64,000 nt of DNA, taken from Marsupella aquatica. Taxonomy: Eukaryota > Plantae > Marchantiophyta. The position numbers were made by a program, and so were the translations under genes. How positions within the stretch are numbered: the stretch's first letter is position 1; the number at the start of each line of letters is the position of its first letter. The notes beneath the pieces were generated by a model, which searched no databases, was not told where the DNA came from, and saw nothing but the letters and a program-made list of their open reading frames with translations. The stretch spans positions 15,802,699-15,866,698 of the forward strand of contig OZ316894.1 of the NCBI GenBank assembly GCA_973895155.1, read 5' to 3'. Positions 25,601-36,892 of this stretch are shown here, piece by piece.

Positions 25601-25830
25601 TAGGGTATGGATTATGTGATTTCTCTCTAGCTGCCCACCTACCTGGGACTTGATGAGGGCCCTGTGCATCCTGCACAGGTGCATTTTTCTGTGAGCCCCC
25701 TGCATCTGGGTCTCCATCCATATCCAATCTTTCCTCTTCACCCCACTCTCCAAGCCCCATGTCTGTCTCCATGTCATCACCCTCTTCCCCCATAGCTTCT
25801 GCACAGCACCCACAACCAAACAGGGACAAT
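22658..25830 (-). CDS. CACTA second gene (TnpA-like; Transposase_24-like core plus Tnp1/En/Spm-like C-terminal domain), multi-exon
   Basis: Segments 25829-25450, 25348-24471, 24110-23829 and 23251-22658. Motifs KQERHRLKRMW...PPPSLELDQWTRLIKGFMS...KSELMSNARGKVKHLSQAGRGSYA and KFHGKVVPDDHVVVLL...LPFPN...IADAVGSLVLWP. Exact exon structure and intactness are unresolved. Confidence 0.8.
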
Positions 25831-25970
25831 CAGCACACTAAATTCAAAGTATCAATCAATTTTATGCATATCCAACTATCCTAAACATCATTCCAGGCAA
25901 CAATTCCCGTTCTGTGACTCTGTGCAGGTAGTCATCCTCAACCTCATACTTGCCAATCGCCAGCTGTTGC

Positions 25971-28900
25971 CTATTGCAAATCATCAACCTCATCATATTC
26001 CATTTGCCCAGGTTCATCATATGTCTCTCTCAATGTTAAGGGGATGTAGTCAGTCCCTGCCCGAGTTGGAAGTATAGTCTCATGACTAGGATGCTCGAAT
26101 GCAGCATGGTCATCCAAACTGAACTCTACTTTACTTCCATCCATCCGCCTGTTCCGTGCTTGGCTATGGCATACCACCCTCCAGCCATGTGACTCCTCCA
26201 CATCTGCAAAGAAAGCCTGTTCAACTTGGCTAGGGAAAACAAAAGGCTCAGACCATTCTGGTACTCTGGACCTAAAATTGGCCAACAAGAACCCATCATG
26301 ATCACGCTTCATGGTGGCCCTTGGTCTCTGCCACTCTGATTTCACCCATGATCCCTTCATCAATATCACTGGGACACTTGTGTTACCATAATTCAACACC
26401 CAAATGTCAGTCAACTCCCCCACGTAACCCATCTTCATCCACCCCCTCTGTTCTTCAGAGGTTCTTTGCTCAAACACAGAAATCAAACCACAATCATATG
26501 ATACACAATGGTCACCCTGCTCATCCCTCACTCGATAATAATTTCCATAAGCTCTCATCCGTTTGTAGGTCAGAATAGACAATCGTGGTGGCACAGATAG
26601 AAGATACAAATCCTTCTCCATATCTGGGTGATGTCTACTATGCTCTCGAATTGTCACCCGAATCCACTGCTCGAACTGTGGGAAGGGATCCTGCTGCCCA
26701 GAGTGTGCAGCTTTTTGCATATCATATTCCCTGCAATATGAGGTACAGGCATAGTTAGGTCTAAACAACACATGACAACCTAAGATCACCCTTGGAACAG
26801 ACAAGAAGCATCACAACAAAGGCAAGTCAATTCAATCACTCACCTCCACCATGGTTGCATAGGCTCTGTGTTTGCCAGCACATATGAATGAGCCTTGTCT
26901 CGAATCGCAATAGGCAGCTGAACAGCACGTCCCACACCTTCAACAACCTCGCCACTCACTCCATCATCTTCACCAGATTTCCAAACTCTTGTCATAGCTT
27001 CACCAGACCCAGCCATGTACTCTGTTAGGAATCCCAACGCCTCATCCTTAATGTACCCCAATGCCATGGAAGCCTCTGGCCTGTAGTATGTTCTCACATG
27101 ACCTTTCAACAACTTCATGTATCGCTCCATAGGGTACATCCATCTGGTACTGACTGGCCCATACTGCCCTAGCTCTTCTACCACATGGATTAGGAGATGA
27201 GTCATAACATCAAAGAAAGCAGGGGGGAAGTATATCTCCAAGTCACAGAGGACATAAGCAGCATCCTGCTTCAACTGCTCCAATCCTTGGGGATCCCACA
27301 CTTTCACACATATACGGCGAAATACATTGCACAGTCGAAGAATGACATTACGGACTGGTTTCTGCATGAGACCTCTAAGGCATAGGGGAAAAATGTGCTG
27401 CATCAACACATGGTAGTCATGTGTTTTCATACTGCCAAGTTTATTCTTTGTAATATGCTTCTTGAAGGCACCAGCATAGCCAGAGGGCACTTTCAGACAG
27501 CTCAATCTATACAAGAATGTCTTCCATTCATCCTGTGTGCACACATAGGGAGCTTGGAACTTGAGAAGTACATTGGGATAGCTTGCATGGGGCTTCAACC
27601 AAAGGTGAGGGCGAATCCCCTTCTGTTGCATATCAGCTCGAACTGCTCCTGTATCTTTCTCACCCGACAAGAACTTCAGCAAGCTCTCACAAATATTTTT
27701 CTCAATGTGCATGACGTCCACATTGTGTTTGCTGGGCTCGAATTCCTGCACTCCACAAAGCAAAGAATTCAACAACAGAAACACTAATTAACCACATAGG
27801 AGGATTGTAACCAACATCAATCCACCATTGCTCCAATCTAAAATTGCAATCATACAGGGGCTGGAGGCTAAGTACATTACCCTCCAGTACTCCAACTCCA
27901 AGTCCATCAAGGTCTGTCTTTTCACACCGTGTTTCACCACTGGATCCTCAGGTTCTCGATCAGTGGCACTTCTCTTGTCCCAATCAGCCTTCCTGGCTGC
28001 CCACCTCAGGACTTGCTCTCTGGTGACCCTTTGTGGTGGGCCACGAAGCTCTGTTTTGTTGTTGAAGTGTGCAATTTGAGACCGTGTGTGCCTGTAAGGA
28101 TGATCAACAGGCAGATACCTTCTATGCCCCTGAAATTTCATACTGTGCAGGGCATGCGACCACTCACTTGTCACATTTTTCCCACATGGTGTGCACCCCA
28201 CATAGCCCTTTGTCACTCGTCCAGATATGATGCCATGGCCTGGGTAATCTGCTATATCCAGCAAACAAATTGCATGCAGTCTAAAGGGGCTGGGTCGAAG
28301 AAGCCCCTTCAGAACATCATGGGTTAACACCCCTTCTATCCACAAAGTCTTCCACTCTTCCACTGCTGGAGCCAACATGATATCTATGAATTGCTCGGTC
28401 ACAGAAGCTGGTCCAGGGATTAATAGCACCATCATGACAAAAAACCTCTTTGTAGTCATCCATGGGGGAAGGTTGTAATTTAGCAGCGTAACCGGCCAAC
28501 ATGAATAACGGTTGTTTTTGTCTCCAAATGGGTTTACTCCATCCAGTGATAGACCAAATCGAAAGTTCCGCTTCTCTGCAGCAAACTGTGGCCACCTCTC
28601 ATCAACAAATTTCCAATGGTTGGAATCTCCAATGTGACGCTGCAGGCCATCACTGCTCTTGTTATCAGGAGTCCATGTCATCAGCTTGGAAATGGCAGGG
28701 CATCTAAACAGACGTTGTAGTCTAGGAATGAGAGGAAAATGACGAAGAACCTTGGCAAGATGTGTACATTTCCCTACATTCTTGTACCTGTGCTTACCAC
28801 AATGAGGGCATGTCAATTTATCTGCATGCTCTTTGCGAAAGAGAACACACCCATCAGGGCATGCGTCAATAGACACATAGTTCAGCCCAAGGTTAGACAT

Positions 28901-29671
28901 CAATTTCCTAGCCTCGTACATATTTTTTGGAATTGAATTACCATCTGGTAACACATTTCGGCGCAGGAAGGTCAACAACTCTGTCACAAATATATTGGGA
29001 ACATTGTGATTGCCACAGATGTTCAACAACAACACGACAAAACCCAGCTTGGAGCAGTTCGACCCCTCGTAGATAGGAATGCAAGCTTCTTTGATGTGTT
29101 TTGGGCCCCCAAACACCCACTCCCTCTCTGCTGCACCTTCCCCAATGTCAAAGTCAGGTTCAGCTTGGCCGTCGCCAATGTGTGGCTGCGGTTCATTGTC
29201 CTCTTCTGATTCCACTGTGTCGTAAAAAGCATCAAGGTCTTCAAAAATCTCTTGAACCATTCTTGGGACATCCATCCCACCGTCCTCAGTGACTGCCTCT
29301 GCCTCTCCATCTTGGTCATCCACGTTCTCATGTTGGACCCCAGGACCATCCTCTGCACAGTCTATGTCCTGCTCTACGTAGTCTCTACGCCTAGCTGTAT
29401 TAGAATCCACAAAGTCAGCTCTCCACTCTTCATCAGAGGAGTCTTCTTCTGCTGGTACATTCCAAATCCTCCACCGAGGGTGCCTTTCATGCCGCAGCAG
29501 GTGAAGGTGCACAGTGTTCAAACTCAACGACTTGAATCCTTGGCACTGTGTGCATGGGCATCTCATCCTCCTACTCCTACCTTGGGCGGCCCGGGCTTGT
29601 TCACGCATCCACAATTTAGAATCATGATGCCTAATCCTAAATGGGTTGTGAAGAGGCAACCTTGGAGCCAT
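25971..29671 (-). CDS. CACTA transposase (TnpD-like: transposase-associated domain, Transposase_21, DUF4218, DUF4216), ~1150 aa, apparently intact
   Basis: Exons 29671-27881, 27745-26844 and 26730-25971 splice GT-AG in frame (3453 nt). Motifs RCPCTQC, IDACPDGCVLFR, GLSLDGVNPFG, ADYPGHG, DVMHIEKN, KTHDYHVLMQ, FPPAFFDVMTHL, WMYPMER, EPFVFPSQVEQAFF. Confidence 0.96.
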
Positions 29672-29997
29672 CACTATACACACGCACTCAGCACCCTGTC
29701 ATTTTATTATGCAAGTGAAAAATACACTTCCTGTTAAGGATTTCACCCCTGACTGTACTTGCCAAAATACGTAACGTTCCAAAAAAACAAAAAAACAAAA
29801 AATATAGGTGCCTGAGTCATGTACCTAGTCTCAAGTGAATGAGACAAAATTCCTAAATGTTTGAGGGTGTCAACTCCTCCGCTGTCCTCACATGTACTGC
29901 CTCTGCACGTACATCCATGACCATATCAGAGTCCAATCATGTATAGTCATAGACACAGGTGCCAGGTGCAAGACCGGTGTGAGATGTCCTCATCTTA

Positions 29998-30567
29998 CTA
30001 CCACATCAAATACGGATACCAATCCTGTTGTCGATGCCACTCAGCCCTGAGGTACTCAGGCATGTACATTAAGTCATCAAGGTCTAAACCCTGCTCATGC
30101 CATGGTGGTCTTCGATCCGTGCCTACAAGCAGTGGCAGCAGTGCCCTCCATGGTGCACATGTTGCTACCAAGTCCCTCCACTGGGTACTAATTAGTCTAT
30201 ATTTGTAGATATCTTGTGCGCCAGACACCACAAGAACCCTCGGCCAGACATGTGTAAGAACTATATCATCTGCCAAATCAGGCAACAAGGAACCACCTAC
30301 AGCATCGTGCTTGTCTAACTCATCTGCTGAAAAGTAAATGTCCTCTTCCGACTGTGCATCCTCATTCACCACAACATTCACAACACATCCAAGGTCTGCA
30401 GGCATTATCTCGGATGGAGCTACACTCTGTCTGGTTACCAATCCACACAAGTAAGCCCAAGCAGTAGCCATGCACGATGCAACCCGTAGGAGGACCCTAC
30501 ATAGGGCCTGACGGTCTGGAAGAGGCAGCATACCCACCAAAGTCTTCAACCAAACAGAGCCCAGCAA
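29998..30567 (-). CDS. F-box-like protein (CACTA cargo)
   Basis: LLPDLADDIVLTHVWPRV...YKYRLISTQWRDLV is a plant F-box signature. The start is uncertain because the in-frame upstream ATG at 30630 is followed by TGA codons. Confidence 0.7.
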   Translation of the reverse strand: MLGSVWLKTLVGMLPLPDRQALCRVLLRVASCMATAWAYLCGLVTRQSVAPSEIMPADLGCVVNVVVNEDAQSEEDIYFSADELDKHDAVGGSLLPDLADDIVLTHVWPRVLVVSGAQDIYKYRLISTQWRDLVATCAPWRALLPLLVGTDRRPPWHEQGLDLDDLMYMPEYLRAEWHRQQDWYPYLMW

Positions 30568-30707
30568 GTAGATTCACAGTCACACCCCACGCAGCAGGAA
30601 ACAACAATCACTTCAACTGCGACCAACCATGACAAGATGAGTTCGTTCAAGGATCACATTTATTACAAAATTGTGATTTATACAAAAATATGAGGGACTC
30701 CTACTCC

Positions 30708-31556
30708 TCACTCTCTCCCACCTTTGCTAAGCATACATCTCCGCTGAATCTTGGAGGGCCAGGCCTCAAAAATATCAAAGTCCCAAGCATGCTATCGCTT
30801 CCCTCTAGCTGCTGATTCCAGAAGCCAATCAGGGGAAAGCACCCAAAGATTGTTGTTCATGACAAAATCATGCACTATTGTCTTAAAGAATTTTCTGCAT
30901 ATTTTCATGTATGACAGACCTACAACATGAGTGGAGGTTTCTGTTAGACTCTCCTCCACTGTCCCACCTAGCTCAACAACTATGGACTTGTACAGTCTGC
31001 ACTTAGTCTCCCCAATTCCTTCTTCTGCAAATACCACACTAAACCCCTTCATAATGGTATTTCTCTCCTTGCCATGCTCATTCAATATAGCATCTGCACG
31101 CATAGGATGGTGTCCTATGTTGACAACAGGTCCATATTGGACAGAAGCAAAGTTGGGTTTCTCTGCCGCTGCTTCATAGGCTTCCTTTTCAGCCAAAGCC
31201 TCTGCAGTGGCCTCCTCACTCTCCCACAACTCATATTGCTCAGTACTCTGTACACACCTATGTTTAACAGAATCGGTCAGCCAAGAGACTTCAACTACTT
31301 TTAGACCTTGGTTGGTAATGGCAGAATCAATGAAGGACCATGACCACTTGTTCATCACATCCAGCCATGTCCCCGCAACAACATGTGTAGTCTGTGGAGT
31401 GATGTCCTTGACTTCAGTCCCATGGAACTCTGAGAATCGTTTTTGTACGATTGGCCAACTCACTTGGGTGAACCCATAGTGGCCAGGAATCAAAATGGCT
31501 TTGATTCCAGCCAACAGAGGCGGGTGGTCAACCTTTGTACGTTTCCTAGAGGCCAT
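30708..31556 (-). CDS. Tandem BRCT-domain protein (CACTA cargo), probable premature TAG near the C-terminus
   Basis: Two BRCT repeats: ITPQTTHVVA...KVVEVSWLTDSV...STEQYEL and LGGTVEESLTETSTHVVG...WVLSPDWLLESA. The TAG at 30794-30792 aligns to Q of repeat 1, and the frame continues HAWDFDIF... to TGA 30708. Basic N-terminus SRKRTK. Confidence 0.85.
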
Positions 31557-32154
31557 GTACACACGGGCCACCTAATCACTGTAGACCAGAAGATAATGCA
31601 TTCACCTGATAATCAGAGGGCCCTTAAAATGCTGCGTTTATAACTTGGTCCAGTCCAGTCGTCTGGTGAGTCTCTGCTCCGATTCCAAATGGGAGAAATA
31701 TTGGGACAAACATACTAGACACCTGCAAGCATGCACCTCATAGTTTGAATATGTGCCTTCACAATATTGAAGGTGACAAGTGCAATTGTTTTGTGATGCC
31801 ACATACAGATGTTGTAAATGGGCAGACATTCAATGAGAATACAAAATGTTGGTACACTTTAAGGGAATTCTCGCAAATTAAATAGCCTTGTAACTTATAT
31901 GCTCATAATGAGAAGTCCTGATTTAATTTAAGCAGTGTCATGTAAGTCGTGATCAAAATGATTGCAGAGTTAAAAAAGTTCCTAGAAGGCTTAAGGGGAG
32001 TTTTTGAAGGCATGTACCCAGGAACAAGTAATGAACTTAGGGTACTTGTTGCCTAAGCATCCTCTCCTACAGAGGTCCTTCTTCTCAAAATTGGAATGTC
32101 TGCAATCTCCAAGGTATCCACATCAGGTGCACTATGCATGTACATTATTCAGGT

Positions 32155-32834
32155 TCAAAGCCAAGAAATGTGATCTCTCATGGGAGTGTGCAAAGTAGGA
32201 TCTATGGCATGGCGATGCAATAGAAGATCCATCGATCAACACCATGTGCAGAGTGATCATAGATGTGTCTGTCACAAGCATAGCCTTCTGCTTGACGCTC
32301 CTTCAAACAATGAAAGTGCCACATGGTGGGACACCTAACACAGTGGACTATGTCCACCCAGAAATCTTCATCGTGGTGACCACATGCCTTGCACTTATGA
32401 AGTGGGCAAGCTGTGGCAAGATCGGGCAAACATGAAAAACAAAAGAACCTCACACAATATCTGTCAGGGCATTTCCTAACAAGTGGTGGAGCATCAACAG
32501 AGCCCTCATAAGACCCCAACTTCCCACACTGTGCACACTTAGCCTGCTTCTCCAAACAATCAGTGCACATCCAGCCTCCCTGGTGTGCTGACGGGAGGCC
32601 CACCCCTGGACAGTTGTTTTCTGCAGCAAGGTCAGACTCCGGGTTGAGGTGAAAATGCCTCATGCAAGGGCCCTCACATATGGCTAAGCCACCACCATCG
32701 TCACAAATGGCACAACAATGAGCTGCCTTCTGGAAAATCTGACTTGCGGAGAAGTTACTACCATCTGGCCCAACTACACCTGTGTTGCTCACCTCTGTCC
32801 CCCGCTTCTTGGCTCGGATTTTAGGGCGTGCCAT
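32155..32834 (-). CDS. Stand-alone EDM2/NSD-type PHD-finger cluster (CACTA cargo), frameshifted near the 3' end
   Basis: CAICDDGGGLAICEGPCMRHFH...CTDC...CAQCGKLGS...CPLHKCKAC...CVRCPTMWHFHCL...WIFYC; after a 1-nt shift at ~32215 it reads RHAIDPTLHTPMRDHISW*. This is colinear with the EDM2 PHD module (CAICDNGG..CCEGSCLRSFH, CPLHKC, CRRCPKSYHRKCL, IYC.EHEIDEELLTPVRDHVKF). Basic N-terminus RPKIRAKKR. Confidence 0.9.
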
Positions 32835-33503
32835 GCCTACGCATGAGACAGATAGTACAATTTAGCAGAGTGCACAGACAATACAATTTAGTGCAGTGTA
32901 CAAAAAGTACAGTGTAGCATATAGACTAGAGTGGCAATTGCTACTGCAATGAAATGTTCACACACATGTGCAGAGTAGACATACTTTTTGGTTTGTTGAG
33001 CCCACACTAAAAACTGATCCCCTCGTACAATAGCTCCACCTACACCTCAATTTTGTGGCTATGATTCACCAAAGGAGATCTGCAACAAAATTTAATGCAT
33101 TTGAATCACATATAACAATCGTGACATGTAAAACAGGCATTTTTTGAACAGGATTGGTATCAAGCAGTGTGATCAGGGTTGTAATTTATACATCCTAAAT
33201 AGGCTATGATAGTGAATGAGACAAATAAGTTAGGCATAAATCACTTTTTCCAGGTTATCACATGGCCCATTAATTCCAGGCTTTGAAAGGAGACTTTTAA
33301 GTGAGCTTGCTAGCCTCTTAAATTAGGATATTGTACTTAGTGCAGCCATAATAGGATAAGTTATGTACTGTTGACCCTAAACCCTGGACCCAAAATTGGT
33401 CATAATTCAAAATCTTAAGTAAATATCCTCTCTGTTCAAGTCAAAGTGTTAAGTTATAGGTCAATGGTGTCTGGTTTGTGCATGCGGTGTGACAAGTGGT
33501 CCT

Positions 33504-33953
33504 CTAGAGCGTGTGATCCAAACATGTGTAGACACCAAAGTGACCGGTGGTGGGGTCTGGGAGGGCAGGACAAGTGACATCGCCAGGCACACTGCAGGAT
33601 GGCGAGTGGTTCCAAATGATACATTGTGCTCTGTGAAAAAACCGACATCCAAGAGAACGGTCATCCAACTCTAGGCCAGAAGCCCTACAGGCAGGACAGT
33701 CATATTGGCAACTATGCACACACCCTTGGGCCCTAATTTGTGGCGGGTCATGTACAAGAGACAGAAATACCAAGGATGTTGGGAAGGGTGGAGAAGCAGG
33801 TACAGGCCGGCTGTAGTTGTTCCTGGCAACAACTGGGTACTCAAAGTACCATGCAGACTGGGCTGGAAGGATCCCAAGTCTGACATACTCAAGGTGCAAC
33901 ATCTCTGCCTTGCGTGCAAGCCGCACATGTTCAGCGTTGCGGGTCCTCACCAT
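33504..33953 (-). CDS. Small Cys/His-rich protein of unknown family (probable CACTA cargo)
   Basis: 149-aa ATG-started ORF, co-oriented with the other cargo genes and flanked on its 3' side by AT-rich spacer. Contains CVHSCQYDCPAC...CRFFHRAQC...HSPSC. Confidence 0.5.
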   Translation of the reverse strand: MVRTRNAEHVRLARKAEMLHLEYVRLGILPAQSAWYFEYPVVARNNYSRPVPASPPFPTSLVFLSLVHDPPQIRAQGCVHSCQYDCPACRASGLELDDRSLGCRFFHRAQCIIWNHSPSCSVPGDVTCPALPDPTTGHFGVYTCLDHTL

Positions 33954-35907
33954 AAGTGTTGCTTTTGTGGAGATGTCGTGTGTTCACGTCCTCTGATAAG
34001 CACCTTCAATCAGCAAGGTGAGCAGGAGCTATACTTGCCTCACCAACAGCAACCAACCTTAAATTATCAGTTCCCACTCACTGTGTCATTCCATTGGTTC
34101 CAGCTAGGGGTCATAGTGTAAACATAGCATGAAACACTCCTAATCAACTTGCTTACAAACTACAATATCCAGAAAGAGTGAAAGTCTCACCCTCCAGTGA
34201 GCAGCAGAGAGGTAGTTCACTAGATGTGTTGATGTGCAGTTAAACCTCCACTATTGCTTACTTGTGGTGTATGCTGCTCAGAAGAAGACATATTAGTAGC
34301 AGCAAATTGCAAATAATGGCCATAAGCAAACCGTGAGAGTTTGCAGAATGCTACGACAAATCCATCACAGCAGTGCTCCACAGGAATGAAACCAAGCAAA
34401 ATTTGGTGACCTCGGCCAATGACAAGGCCAATGTAGTGAACAATCCTTGACCGATCAGGATATGGATTGGAATTACAATTAGTCAGCTCTTCTTCTTTGT
34501 TTTCTAACTCTGGGGGAAATGAGCATGACCAGGGAATTCTCTGAGAAATAGAAGTGCACAGGGAAAATGAAATTGGCTCATTCAGCTGCGCAAGACCGAC
34601 CATTGCAGCATACTTGGACAGTTGTTCCGCAATACATAAAATACCCTGACTTACATGCAATCGATACAATCTGCTTCTGTTGGCTGTCCTACAGCTCATG
34701 GCAGTGCCGTTGGGATAGGGTAAGTGAATATTGCCATAGCTGAAGCACATTGAGCTTGTAGCAAGAAGTGAAGGAGCATGGCCAAAAGCAGAAAAGACAG
34801 ACAGGTTTTACAAGAAGAAACTAACAACCGCCAATCTGCTCAAATCCGCTGCATAGATCAAACCCTCCAAACTACACAGCCCTCCTTTGAAAACAATCCA
34901 ATGTGCTTTGGCTGGTGGATGACAAGAAGTGGGAGAAGAGGAAATGTCTGCACAATCAATCCAAATGATGGGACACAGAGACCAGGCACAGAGAGGATTT
35001 GTGCTTAGACAAAAACCACAAATTGTAGCATGGGTGCCATAGCATTCTAGACAAAGCACAAAACATAGAATCTATGAATCTATGACTCATGGACTAACAA
35101 AATGATTGGGTAGCATGGCAAAAGGAAAGACAAATTTCAAAATGACAACATGGCCCATTTCCGCCATTCATTTGACGTTGCTAGGTGTCCGTAAGATGAC
35201 TGACCCACAGACAATCCCGACAACCTCATCTGACAGACTGCTTTTCTAGTGTGAAGAAATACATGATTACAAGCAACACCACGCCTCATCCAAGCAGGGA
35301 ATTGAAAACATAACCATGTCATTCCTGTATTGGACAGTGTCCTCTGCCATTGCACTGCATAGTTGTTATTCCATGTTGGTTGTCAACAGTTTGTTGGCTT
35401 GCCACAGCCTAGATAGAACAATAAAATACTGTATATGAATACAACAAGAAAAATCTGCATACAGCGATGGCCTGGTCACTTGAGGAAAAAACAAAACTAA
35501 GAAGGCAGGCACACTGGCAACCGAGAAAAAAAGCTAGTGGCGCCTCGCGGAGAATCCAGAATGGTAATGCCCTTGCCCAGAAGCTTGGGAAACAAAAGAG
35601 AAAAAAACAAAAACGAGCTACCGACCACCGTCTTGACCAGGCCCGACATCCAAGGTATGGCTGGAGGCTGTGGTCCCCCCCTTAGTAAAGAAAAGGATGC
35701 AAGTCGGAGCACGGGGCACAAGGCATGTTTGGATCCAGGGAGGAGCAAAACAGTAATGTCAAGCAAGAAGTGTGGAGAGACCAAATTCAGTAAACAAAAA
35801 TAGGGGAGAACAAACATACATCAGCAGCAGCAGGAAACGAGAAAGTTGATTTGGGAGGGATTGTAGGGAGAGAGCTTTCGGTGGGCTCGGCTATGCGTGA
35901 AATACCG

Positions 35908-36892
35908 GGAGATAGATGTGCGAGAGAGTGAAGAGGGTGGCAAGCGGAAGACAGGTTGGGACTGGACTCTTGGTGCCGGGGAGTAATATATGGGGTAATA
36001 TACGCAGAGACAAAGCTGTACTCACTTGATTGAGTAGGCAAGTGGGTGGACGAAGATCAACAACCGCAGTAGCAGCACAGCCAGAGAGGCAAGAAAGGGG
36101 AAATTTCAGCAAAGGTAAGCGACACAGACAACTCACCCTCCGTCTCACCCTCCCAGCTCCAAAGTTGCAAGAGCAAGAAGTCAAACGCACTGAAACAAAG
36201 CGGGTGGCAGTTTCAGTATCTCAGGCAATGCAAACTTAATCCATACTTAATCAGCCCTGGCCACACATTCCTTCAAAGCCCCTCATACTAGCAAGCAGGT
36301 CTGGCCTGTGAATCTTGTAGTGCTTAACGATACAAAGCCTTCCCAAGTACCAATTCAAAAGTAGCAGAAATAGATCGAAAGCTAGTTCCGATGATAGCTC
36401 CCAAAAGCTTTCCTCAGCCCGATTCCTATGCACATCAGAGGAGCTCAAACCATTTAGAAATGAGATCACAGATTACTCTTGACAATCTCAAAAATGCCAC
36501 AACCTAAGCACTGACAGCTCCGTCCCCCCATTCTAATTTCTCCGACAAGTTTGCCTTAAAGCACATCCACTCGCAGTTCAAGCAGATTCAGAATCATCAT
36601 AGACAATAGAGTGTTCCACCATAGCCCACGGTAGGTCCACGGCCATCGTAACGAACGCTCCGCCCCTGGGGCTTATTAGTATTGCTCACTTTTAAGAAGG
36701 GCAGTTTTCGCAAAAGCAGTCCAATTGCCTAGACTGCACTAGAAAAGTTGGAGGCAATATCACAGCGGAGCATTCTGCGTCTAAGGGCCAGCGACGCCGT
36801 TCAGGAGATAGATGCGCGAGAGAGTGAAGATGGTGGGGAGCGGAAGACGGGTTGGGACTGGACCCTTGGTGCCGGTGGGTAATATGTGGGGT
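35908..36892. repeat. ~89-bp dispersed direct repeat pair inside the CACTA (35908-35996, 36804-36892)
   Basis: GGAGATAGATG(T/C)GCGAGAGAGTGAAGA...GGTTGGGACTGGAC...TTGGTGCCGG...GTAATAT(A/G)TGGGGT occurs twice. Confidence 0.85.

Noticed and set aside
34220-34750. KH/SF1-like motif YIGLVIGRG in a 176-aa ORF
   Set aside because: The GxxG spacing is imperfect and the surrounding sequence does not fit a KH fold.
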